From Camelus dromedarius (taxonomy: Eukaryota), in NCBI RefSeq assembly GCF_036321535.1, contig NC_087437.1, positions 76,076,001 through 76,140,000 of the forward strand: a stretch of 64,000 nucleotides of DNA, given 5' to 3'. Shown here piece after piece: positions 53,673-64,000 of this stretch (position 1 is its first letter; each line of letters opens with the position of its first letter). A program made the translations under genes and the position numbers. The notes under the pieces are model-generated. The model saw only the letters and a list, made by a program, of their open reading frames with translations. It was not told where the DNA came from and did not search any database.

Positions 53673-53698
53673 AGTCTATGTGCTGCTGAAGTGAGCAC
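53673..53698 (-). pseudogene. 3'-truncated (tailless) U6 snRNA retrocopy, U6 nt 1-26
   Basis: The reverse complement of 53674-53698 is GTGCTCACTTCAGCAGCACATAGAC versus the U6 5' end GTGCTCGCTTCGGCAGCACATATAC (22/25, two differences are CpG decay). It is flanked by a perfect 17-bp direct repeat CAGATGTTAGTATCTTA (53657-53673 and 53699-53715). Confidence 0.85.
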
Positions 53699-56600
53699 CA
53701 GATGTTAGTATCTTATATTTTATTCTTTAAGTGTTTTAAAGATAATGAGTGAAGCCAAGATTTTTTTTTAAGTGGGGAATGGTGGGGGGAACACAATAGA
53801 GAAAAGCTGTTTCCTAAAAATTACTTTCTAACTACATGGGATGAACTAAATATAAAAGGATCAAAATCAGCAAAAGAGTATACAAATTAAATGAACATTA
53901 TACATTAATACTGCCAATATATATTGACATATATCCAAACTGTACCATTTTTAAGAATTAAGTTATTTCCATTTCTGTGTGAGACATGTTCATTTAGTTT
54001 CTTGGGTGCTTCAGTGGTAATTCTAATTTCACTCTCAACTAAGAGAGACAATTTCCTGTGCCCCTGCAGATTATGACAATATATTTCTTTACAATCAGTA
54101 GGTTATAACACACTCTAGAAATCGGATATCACTTACTGTCTTACAGCTTTATCAATACTGTTAGTCATTTTATGACTTGGATAAAGTTTTTCTAATTAGC
54201 CACCATGATTTGAAAGAATTAAATATCAAAAATGTGTAATGATTCATCTGAGTAATCCTAATTAGACTTAGATGATTCAGTTGTCACCCAGTGCTACTGA
54301 AAAAAATAATAGCTGAAAAGAATGAGTAAAATATTAAGCGGTCTCCTGTGGCTTCACACAAGATACTACTCATTCATCCACATTTTTTAAAACAAGGGTA
54401 TGGATAAAAAAATAAATCCAGATCTTTGAAGCAAACTACAAGGGACATTTACAAATACTTCCAAATTAAATGCCTGTTTTTTACCAAGGAAGCATACAAT
54501 TTCAAAAACTGATTAAATGGTATAAAAGTCTATCCTGAATTATCATGAAATAGGCAACTAACATTATTATAAAAATACTGTTTTAAGAAAATCACATACA
54601 CCATCTCATATTTTTATTTCCATACATTTTCTTCATATAAACCCATAAAAACCAGTAGAGAGAAGAACCATTAAAATAAACATTGTAAAATAAATAGATA
54701 AAAATCATGAATATCTATAAATAACTATCAAGTGAATAAACTGGCATAAGCTAAAAAAATAAATAAACATAATCAGTACTGCCAAAATTGGGAGAGGAGG
54801 GTCCATCATTAACTTTGACATTGTGGGTTTCATTCTTATTTTGGTTTAGAGATTTGCTAACTTTGTAGCTTAAGAAGTGAGTGCATGCTATCTGGAGAAA
54901 TAAAATACGCTAATACATCCTATATACAGAAGTTCTTTTAGGAGCTCAAAATTAAATTCTTACTAATCTTAAGGAACCCTTTATAGATCTGTCTGTTTCT
55001 ATAATCAGATACATACCTAAAAATGGACCATATCTATGCCTTATTTTGACTGTTGTTCAATAATTTATCACCTGTGCTGCTACTATTTATGGATAAAGTG
55101 GTCAGGGAGAGGAAGGAGGTCGACTGTGCTGTGCCAATATGGGTTTTAAAACTCAGGATAACAAAGAAATCGTGTTGGACTTAACTGACTAGGAGGGAGA
55201 AAACAGGGAATCAAACACAGAGCAGAGGTCAATTTTGAGGCTGAAGATCTTGCCAGAGACAGACTCCCTTTGAGCTCTCTGACAGCCCAACTTAAAGACT
55301 CCAGATTTTATCTGGCTATTACAAATGCCCACATGGGTAGCTTCAGAAAAGCAGTTTCAGCATAAGCTGTTCTGCATTTAAGTTACAAGTACTTCACAGA
55401 GTGTTTTGATTTGATGGAAATGGGTAGCTGTGTGAAGTGTCAGAAGGACAAGAAGGGGAAATGGTGGGCAAGAAGGGGAAATGTCTAAAGGGTGAACACA
55501 ACCCTGCAGAATGGTGATTTGAATATGCCCTTAGACCAAAGCCAGGACAGATTTCCCAAGGAGCCACCCCATGCCTGTCTGTGTCCTTTGGGTTCCACTA
55601 TGGCTTCCTCTTAACCCTCATTCTCACCCATACAGGGCCTCGGATTCCTGACTCCCCATGACTTAGCTCCCACTGCCTCATTAAGAACCTGCTGCTTTTT
55701 GCTTTCCAAAGCTCATTTCCCACCATGACACTGCCTCCCACAGGATGCACACCTAGCCAGCACTGATCTGGCACAGCTCAGCATTCTCTCTAAGAAACTC
55801 CATCAATGTGGGTGAGAGAGCTAACTATTAAATATCTATTATTTACCTTTTACCACAAATAGGGCATTTGACTTGGCATCTGAAAAACCCATCTTAAAGA
55901 TCTGGCCTAAGCAATCACTGAAATATTCCAAAGCAACTGGCTTTCTGGCAGTTTACACACAGCCCCTTGGGGTCCTATGTTTTGAAAGCTTATTGTACTA
56001 AAAAAGGTAAGGTGCCACTTCTTACAATGAGGCAGGCTCCCTCGTTAGTGGTAATGTCCAGTATAACATTCAAAGACACATCATGGCAAAATCCCCTTCT
56101 ATGCCAACAACGTGTGTTTTGCACCCTGATGGCACCACAACCTAGTCAGTGCAGAAGGGACTCCAGGCAACCATGCTGCCCACTTACACAGAAGAATATT
56201 TAATCCCCATGAATGACTGCTTTTCTGATGTTTTCATCAATTCTCTGGGTAATAGATTAAGCTTTAACTAACTCATTTTCATACATAACCCTAATTCAAT
56301 CAAGCTCAATAAAAGTCATTCTGGATTGCAATTATTTGCTAAGGAACGACTGCATTCAAATGAAAAAGAAAAACTTGCTGGGTATGATACAATGCACGGC
56401 ACAGATGCCTCCCCATTTCCGGAGCCAGAAACAACAACAAAAAGAGCCAAACTGCTAGAAAAGGAAATAGATTTCTTCCTCATCTTCCTGAAAATAGAAT
56501 ACTCATGCTTTCACACCTGAACAAAACAAAATGGAGAACCCAAGAAAGCAAATTTTAAAATTATTATTTTCAATTATGTTTATGATTTGAGAGAGGCTGC

Positions 56601-57941
56601 ATTTCTAATCTGAGAGTCAGCACGACCTCTGAGAGCCAAAACAAGTCCAGGTTACAAATAACAGTGTTAACATCTACTCTTTCACTAAATCTGACACTGG
56701 CCTCCTTCATTTTCCCAACAATATGTATTTCAATTTCACTTTATAAAGCAGGTGCTCTTCAGAGATTTTTCCTGTCTTAAAAAGCTACTTCTTTAAATAA
56801 ATATAATTCTTATACTTCCCTTAATTCATTCTTTTATAGACTACATGTTTACAAATAAAACTTAAATGCAAACTCCAAGCTCTTACTTCTACGTAAATGT
56901 ATCATGTTTGTAGGGAAAAAAAAAAATCCTCATTGATTTAACTAAAGCCTTCCCTTTACTGTGTGTGCATAAGGTCCTCCACCCACCCCACTGTACTCAA
57001 TATTCTTTTCATCTCCTCCATAGTAGCACCAGGCACACTACAAAATAACATAGTGCTGAAGATGCATACCAGCTGTGATGCAGTTTTGGCCAATGAATTC
57101 CACACCCCAGGTCACTGTGGTACACTAGAGGTCAAAGGATTTTTTTTTCTAGAAATGATAAGTTCCAGTTAAACTATTTGCTGAAATAAATTATCTTCAT
57201 GTAGACAAAGATAAATGAATGCAGGAAGATATATATGCTTTTTAACAAAAGACTTGTCTTTATCCATACTTCACATTGTCACTGTCTTTATTTTATGATA
57301 GTAACAGTAAAAAGTATGGATAAAGACAACACTTTTGTTAGAAGTCACATACCCTGCCTGTCTTTATAGTTGAAGCTTAAACCGCAGCTATTTCACAGGC
57401 ATTTTTGGCCAGGCACCAATCTTTAACAGAAACTACAAGTGTCAGCTATACTGAGAACAGATATTTCTCAAAAGAAAATGCAAATCTGAAGTATCTCTTT
57501 ATCACCTTCCCACTCCCTACCCTTGCATTTCCTCATGACCCACAGACTTTCAGTTAAGAAACCTTAAACATAGTCTTAAAGGCCAAACAACAGTTCTCTA
57601 GATACTAACAGTAAACCAAAGTAACAACAAGTCATTACAGATTTGTCCATCTGTTTGGAATTTCCAGAAAGGTGTCAGAAAATACCAGCAGGCAGAGACA
57701 GAAAACTTGAGCATTCATTGTTAGACACGGACCTCTTAAAATAGCAAGACAAAAGATTTGGAAATCCTTTCTCCTTCAGTACTCAATACCAACCAATTAC
57801 AAATTAAGCTTTAAAAACTATGTACCACCTATATGTCAATAGCACAGAGATGCAAATGGTATAATCTTTTACAGTTTGAGAAATTATTAATGACCTACTA
57901 TGTATTAACACGGCAAAAGGTATTATAAGAGTTGTTTCCTG

Positions 57942-58550
57942 CTCCTGCGCATATATCCAGAAGGGACCCTACTTCAGGATGACACCTGTACCCCAATGTT
58001 CATAGCAGCACTATTTACAATAGCCAAGACATGGAAGCAGCCTAAGTGCCCATCAACAGATGACTGGATAAAGAAGGTGTGGTATATTTATACAATGGAA
58101 TACTACTCAGCCATAAAAACCAACAACATAATGCCTTTGCAGCAACATGGATGCTCCTGGAGAATGTCATTCTAAGTGAAGTAAGCCAAGAGAAAGAAAA
58201 ATATCATATGAGATCGCTCATATGTGGAATCTTAAAAAAAAAACAAAAAAAAAAAACCATAAATACAAAACAGAAATAGACTCACAGACATAGAATATAA
58301 AATTGTGGTTGCCAAGGGGGTGGGGGGGTGGGAAGAGATAGACTGGGATTTCAAAATTGTAGAATAGATAAACAGGATTATATTGTATAGCACAGGGAAA
58401 TATATACAAGATCTTATGGTAGCTCACAGAGAAAAAAATGTGACAATGAATATATATATATGTTCATGTATAACTGAAAAATTGTGCTCTACACTGGAAT
58501 TTGACACATTGTAAAATAATTATAATTCAATAAAAAAATGTTAAAAAAAA
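57942..58550 (+). mobile_element. Relatively young camelid L1, 5'-truncated (ORF2 end plus 3'-UTR)
   Basis: catatatccagaaggg...ccccaatgttcatagcagcactatttacaatagccaagacatgg...aaaattgtgctctacactggaatttgacac...caataaaa; 15-bp TSD aagagttgtt(t/c)(c/t)ctg at 57927-57941 and 58551-58565 with one mismatch. Confidence 0.95.
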
Positions 58551-58589
58551 AAGAGTTGTTTTCTGGAAGCTGATATCTAGTTGGGTAAT

Positions 58590-58591
58590 TG

Positions 58592-58635
<44 letters not shown>
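58590..58635. repeat. Compound GC/CA dinucleotide microsatellite, including (CA)19
   Basis: tgcgcgcgcacacaca...aca seen directly; uninterrupted purine-pyrimidine alternation. Confidence 0.95.
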
Positions 58636-58638
<3 letters not shown>

Positions 58639-58989
58639 ACATAATAGTAGGGAGAAATGCATATCAAAATGGTAAGCAAAGAACTCCAAAAAAGTTATAC
58701 TGCACAAGGGAATTTTTTATGCAGATGAATAAAGCTGGATCCTAAAGCACCAGCTGCAAGTTGGGATACAGGGAGAGAAGATGGAGAAGGTCATTACAGG
58801 CACAGGCAAAGGCTGAGCCCAAGTTCAATGCTGGGAAGAAGTACACTGGGAAGGGACAAGAGGCAGATTTGGTGGAAGTCCAGGGTTCATATCAGAAAGT
58901 AGAACACGAAATGTAGGCAAATCAGAAGTAATGCAATCTGCTTTTTTTCCCCCTCTCCCCGTAGTCTCATGAACAGCAGGACAGAGTTA

Positions 58990-59217
58990 GTAGCATGGTG
59001 TTCTGCAAAGCATACTGACCTTAGGACCAAACCCATGTCCTCCATTTACTTACTACTATGCAACTGTAGGCCAATTCCTGAGATTCTCTGAGCCCCCAAT
59101 TCCTTATCTGCAAATCAGGATAACAATCCCTCCACCTCTAAAGGTTTCCTTAAATTATTAGAAGACATTATAAATACAAAGGGCCTGGCATACAGGAAGT
59201 GCTCAATAAATGTTAAT
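58990..59217 (+). mobile_element. MIR SINE
   Basis: ctctgagcccccaattccttatctgcaaatcaggataacaat...gcctggcatacaggaagtgctcaataaatgtt. Confidence 0.75.
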
Positions 59218-61014
59218 ATCTCGAGAGTTAAAACTAAGTGGTAGAAGAGCATTTAATAAAGTTACAGTGTGAACACGCTGAAGTTTGCCTTAAATATTCT
59301 CAGTATTTGGATGCGAAGTGACTTGCTAGTTTTTCAAAAGGTGGATTTTGTTTTAATTTAGGTAGCTTTAACATATAGTTAATTCTGACATTCTAAACAA
59401 CCACTTTTTACTCCTACCAATTTCGGCCTACATTAGCTGATTTAATAATATGGACATTTTATTATAATGTTCATTTGCTCTAAAACTGTTGTTGCAGGGA
59501 CCATAGTGGAACTACGAATTTCTGCAGTTTCCGTAAGTAGAGGTGGAAAATGAGCAGGCATTAGTCCAGTCAGATGGCTTGGCAGGGAGGCCCTGAATGC
59601 CTCTTTTATACTCTTGTGAACTATATAAATGTGCCTTTGACCTTCTCAGGCAGGGGAAATTGCACATTTAAGGCAGAAGGAGTTTCACTTCCATAAAGAG
59701 TATAAAAACATGCCTGCCAGCAGCTATATGAGGAACACCGACAGGGAACCCCCAGGTACTTTGAGAAGATTCATTAGCTCTATCAGGCCACTGAGCTGGA
59801 AAATACATGGTTAAGATAATCCAAACCCTCTGGGATATCCCATCTATGCATTACTGTAGGTTACCCCAAGAAAAACTGTGGCTTACACACATAAGGAATT
59901 AGCCAGTATCTTTAGGGAGGGGTTCTGTGAATGAAACCCACTGGAGGAACCTCAGGGCTGCCTTGCCTTTTAAGGTAAAAAAGGATTCCTTTGATCAGCA
60001 ATAATTCACAATATACAGAAAATCACACTCTTACTTTAACAAGTCAGTCCAAAGTCATTTGATTAAAAAAGGAAGTCAGTTGTTAGCAATTCACATAATT
60101 TTAAACGGAAAAATTCTGTTCTGAGAAGCAAGGGTCACTAGTCTTTCCCTTTTTTCCTTTATTAATTAATTAAATTGCACAAAGACAACTTAAAGAAATA
60201 TAAACATATATGTAATTTAAAAAGCACATCTCTATTAAAATTTATATTGTATTATTAAAAAAACAAATTTTAAAAACTATTGTCTGTAAAGAGTCCCTGT
60301 CCCTTTCAGATGTGCCTAATGTATATCTAGCAAATAGCTTTGTTGCAGAAAGGCTTTTGCTCCATATTATGCTAATTGCAAGAACATTCCTGATATGAAG
60401 ACACAAAGGAGTCTGCTCAAAAACGATCCATGATGAATGTCAATACACTCTCTTTTGAAGTTATTTACTCACAAAGCAGTTATTCCTAGACAAATAATAC
60501 TATACAGTACTTAGCTATTTTAAACCAGAAAGGGCCAAGAAACTTCCCTGAGGGGAACAGGGAAGCCCAAACACATTTCCACAGCTGAAACCAAGACAGA
60601 CCCAAAAAGGCTAAGTAACTGGACAAAAGGCATTCAGCTGGTTTGTGGCTAGGCTGGGACAACACCCCGTGACTCCACACTGTAGCATTTGATGTTAGTC
60701 CCTACCAGACATTCCATTCAGTCATGGACTTGCAGAATGCTGGCGGCAGTCAGAGGCCACTCAGTTCAACCCCTTCGACCACACAGCAAGCTAGAGGCAG
60801 AGCCAGGCCAGAACCCAGGGTTCCTGCTCTGGGTCAGTGCACTTGGCCCTACAGCACACTGCTCTTCTGGACTATCGTCAATCAGTCTGACCTGCAGTTT
60901 GCCATCCACGGAACAGCAGGAGGCTCCAGACCAAGTTACATTAGGTCCCTACTCTCCCTATGGTCTTCCTTAGCAGCAACATTCAGCTGGAAAAGTTTTA
61001 TTAAAAAAGGCCTA

Positions 61015-61190
61015 GATAGATAAATAAGTTTATAATGCATAGCACAGGGAAATATATTCAATATCTTGTAGTAGCTTATGGTGAAAAAGAACAGGAAAAT
61101 GAATATATGTATATTCATGTATGACTTTAGAATTGTGCTGTACACCAGAAATTGGCACAACATTGTAGACTGACTATACCTCAATTAAAA
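61015..61190 (+). mobile_element. Short L1 3' end (camelid/artiodactyl type)
   Basis: atagcacagggaaatatattcaatatcttg...attgtgctgtacaccagaaattggcacaacattgtagactgactatacctcaatt; TSD-like aaaaaa(g)gccta on both sides. Confidence 0.9.
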
Positions 61191-61364
61191 AAAAAGCCTA
61201 CATTTTCATTCCTGGAGTTAAGTCAGAGAACGCTGCTTGGCTCTTGAACACTTTCCCCTTTCTAGTCTGAATGCAGAGAAAGACATCTTTTATTTGTAAC
61301 AGTAAGCATGTGAAATATTTCTTTGTGTTTCTAAATACTTGGAGTGAAATGGTAATGCTCATTT

Positions 61365-61470
61365 ACCTGTGTGGGGGAAGGTAGTATATGGAAACTCTAT
61401 ACTTTCTACCCAATTTTGCTGTGAATCTAAAACTGCTCTAAAAAGTAAAGCTTATTAAGTTTTTTTTAAA
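61365..61470 (+). mobile_element. Old L1 (L1MB/L1MC-like) extreme 3' tail
   Basis: tatatggaaactctatactttctacccaattttgctgtgaatctaaaactgctctaaaaa. Confidence 0.75.
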
Positions 61471-62149
61471 AAGCTAGTATCAATTTACTTCATTCTAACA
61501 ATATTAAAATTACATACTGACCAGTGAATGATAGGCCAAAGCCAGCTGAGAATTTATAAACAGTAATTTCCCTTAAATGCTCACTCCCACCAGAAACACC
61601 TAGTAACAATTGAATTTATATCCTCCATTAAAACAAAGCACATGCCTACAACAACGATCTCTGTACAGTATACATGCTCCACTAGTCACTAATCGTCAAT
61701 AAATGCCTCTGATGCTATGGCAGTCAATATTTGAAGTAGCATAAAATATTTGGCTCAAATTAAGCCAATTCAAAAAAAAAAAAAAAAAAAACAAGAAAAT
61801 ATTCTCCAAGTATTCCCATTGGAAGACACAGGGTTTATCCTTTATCACTAACTCCAGCATAGTGACTCTCAGAGCTCAGTGTTACACAACCACAAAGGCC
61901 ACCAATTACACAGAACTCAAGGGGAATGACGAAAGATATACGCCCTGCAGACATCTGTAACAGCCATGGTTCTCCATACTGCTAATAAGCATCTTAAAAT
62001 TTTAACTTTTTTTATAATTAAGAAAATCAGATTTTGTCACCTTTCAAGTTGAAAAGGAAATTCACTGTAGATGCCCTATTTAAATGGGAGAATAATCATC
62101 CATAGAAGTGCGTTTTTCTATACTGGTTTTTCTTAAGCAGAAATTATAG

Positions 62150-62390
62150 ACATAGATGTTTTTGCCTGCCTTTTATACGTGTATCTCCCATTTTCTGGTA
62201 AAAGCACTTTGATTCTTAGGAAAATACTCCTCCTTGCTCACAGTCCATGTATCTTAAGTGGAACTGACCCAACTCTACCCAAGCTTCAGGAATAGAAGTA
62301 TCTTCCAGGCTCGGCCAATCAGCTTATTCCATCTTCCTGGACACAGTGAATGGGTGAGAAATGGGTTTGAAACCTTAATCGGGGCACAGA
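62150..62390 (+). mobile_element. Ancient LTR remnant (MLT1K/LTR33-like)
   Basis: caggctcggccaatcagcttattccatcttcctggacacagtgaatggg resembles a conserved block of these LTRs. Confidence 0.5.
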
Positions 62391-62873
62391 ATACAAAATA
62401 AATAACAGGTATGTTAAGCTATAGTATTACTAGTGCCTGAAGTAAGAGGAGAAAAGTAGAAAGGCTGCAATAAGAAAAAGAACATAAAAGTACTGGCCCA
62501 CACACATAACCTCCTGAAAAGAAATGAAAGGGAGTACTGATTTATTGTATGTTACTTCAAATCCTAATTTCAACAGATTTCCTGAAAATCTTTGGCACAT
62601 CATGATATTTAATAAGTCAAGATGTTTAAATTTTCAATCTGTACTCCCATAACACCCATTTCTCTTTCAATTTATATTTCCTACAAGGAGAAGTCTCAGG
62701 TTTCAACAAAAACACTAAAAAACTAAATAATGTTAATGTGACTTCTAAAACCAATTCTAAGGGCATTTCCAGTGTCTTGAAATTTATTATGTATGCCATT
62801 ATACTTAGGCAGACAGTGGCACACAATTCATTCTCCATGTCTGAAATTGTATCTTTTCTTATATTTAGGAGAC

Positions 62874-62890
62874 GGGGGGGGGGGGGGGGG
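62874..62890 (+). repeat. G17 homopolymer
   Basis: 17 consecutive G seen directly. Confidence 0.95.
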
Positions 62891-63267
62891 ACATGGAAGA
62901 GTTGGGAATACAGTGTTTGCTTTAGTGAGAATTACACACTTCTGGAAAAAAACAACTTTTGAAGAACTAAAATACAGTACAATATAATGATACTAAAGCT
63001 ATTCTGAATATAATTGTTTTATTGAGATAAAACTGAATCTAGTCAGCATCAAGAGTTTCATCTCATATCATGAATTTTGGAAAATCTTAGAGATATAGTC
63101 TAAGATACAGACTTGAATAGAAGTCTATGTATTTATAGTAAAATCTGCAACACAGTCCAACAAAGTAGCTAATGAGATAATTTTAATTAGCTAATTAGCT
63201 TCCCTTTATCTTATACTCCATTCCCATTCCTCTTCCTCCCTCCAAAACAATCATTGTATTGACTATT

Positions 63268-64000
63268 TTCCTTCCAGTTTTATTGAGGTATAATTGCCAT
63301 ACAGTACTGTGTAAGTTTAAGGTGTAGAGCATGATGTTTGACTTATATACATCATGAAATGATTATTACAGTAAGTTTAAGAAGCATCCATCATCTCAGA
63401 GACATAAAATTAAAGGAATAGAAAAGAATTTCCCTTGTGATGAGAACTTCTTAGTATTTATTCTTTTAACTTTCATACACAGCATAGAACAGTGTTAACT
63501 ATATTTAGCATGTGGTACACTGTATCTCTAGTACTTATTTATACCTTTTGTACCTTTTGACTACTTTTATCCAATTCTCCCTCCCTCTCCTCTGGGACCA
63601 CAAATCTGATCTTGTTTTTTATGACTGAGTTTGTTTCCTTGTTTTGGAAGTATAACTGACCTACAACACTATGCTAGTTCCTGTTACACAACACAGTGAT
63701 TCAATATTTCTATACATTTCAAAATGATCACTATACTAAGTCACTGTATATCACCATACAAGGCTATTACAGTTACTGACTATATTTCCCATACTGTAAA
63801 TTCCATACCCATGACTCGCTTACTTTGCAACTGGAAGTTTGTACCTCTTAATCTTCCTCATCTATTTCTTTCCTCTACCCAACCTGGTCCCCTTTGGCAA
63901 CCACTTCTTTGTTCTCTAAACCTACAACTCTGTTTCTGTTTTGTTATGTTCATTCATTTGTTTTGGGTTTTAGATTCTACATATAAGTAAAATCATACAG
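63268..64000 (-). mobile_element. L1 3' region with two tandem 3'-UTR-like modules; runs off the window
   Basis: ttttattgaggtataattg...taagtttaaggtgta...cccttgtgatgagaac (module 1); gaagtataactgacctacaacac...ggcaaccac...ttttagattctacatataagt (module 2). Confidence 0.85.

Larger units (their letters stand above)
53236..64000 (-). other. BBX: 3' part of the upstream intron (putative BBX intron 2)
   Basis: Acceptor AG at 53237-53236 (minus) with a pyrimidine tract and ctcac/ttaac branch-point candidates; no further exon recognised. Confidence 0.65.

Noticed and set aside
55449..55483. Direct repeat caagaaggggaaatg x2 at a 20-bp period
   Set aside because: Ordinary two-copy slippage duplication with no further structure.
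1..64000. Prokaryote-type systems (CRISPR arrays, operons, defence islands, prophage)
   Set aside because: The sequence is mammalian intronic DNA with no long ORFs and no repeat-spacer array; the one repeat-spacer-repeat unit (53657-53715) is a TSD-flanked U6 fragment.

Overview
AT-rich mammalian genomic DNA, almost certainly from a camelid: it carries tRNA-Ala-derived vic-1-type SINEs and young L1 3' tails of the camelid type. No protein-coding exon is supported, and the supplied ORFs look like chance ORFs or repeat read-through. The best anchor is a 74-nt minus-strand exon at 53162-53235 with canonical splice sites. From memory it matches a non-coding 5'-UTR exon of BBX (an HMG-box transcription factor), which would place the window in two large BBX introns transcribed right to left. 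The rest is MIR, L2, L1, MaLR and Tigger remnants, several with readable target-site duplications (TSDs), plus unique stretches that look regulatory. I found no evidence of a wholly new biological system. The most interesting items are a tailless 5'-U6 retrocopy with a 17-bp TSD, two uAUGs in the BBX exon, an ungapped 98-nt hairpin, three co-oriented CTCF-like cores, a perfect T-MARE and five optimal TCF/LEF 9-mers. All repeat family names and boundaries were assigned by eye and are approximate.
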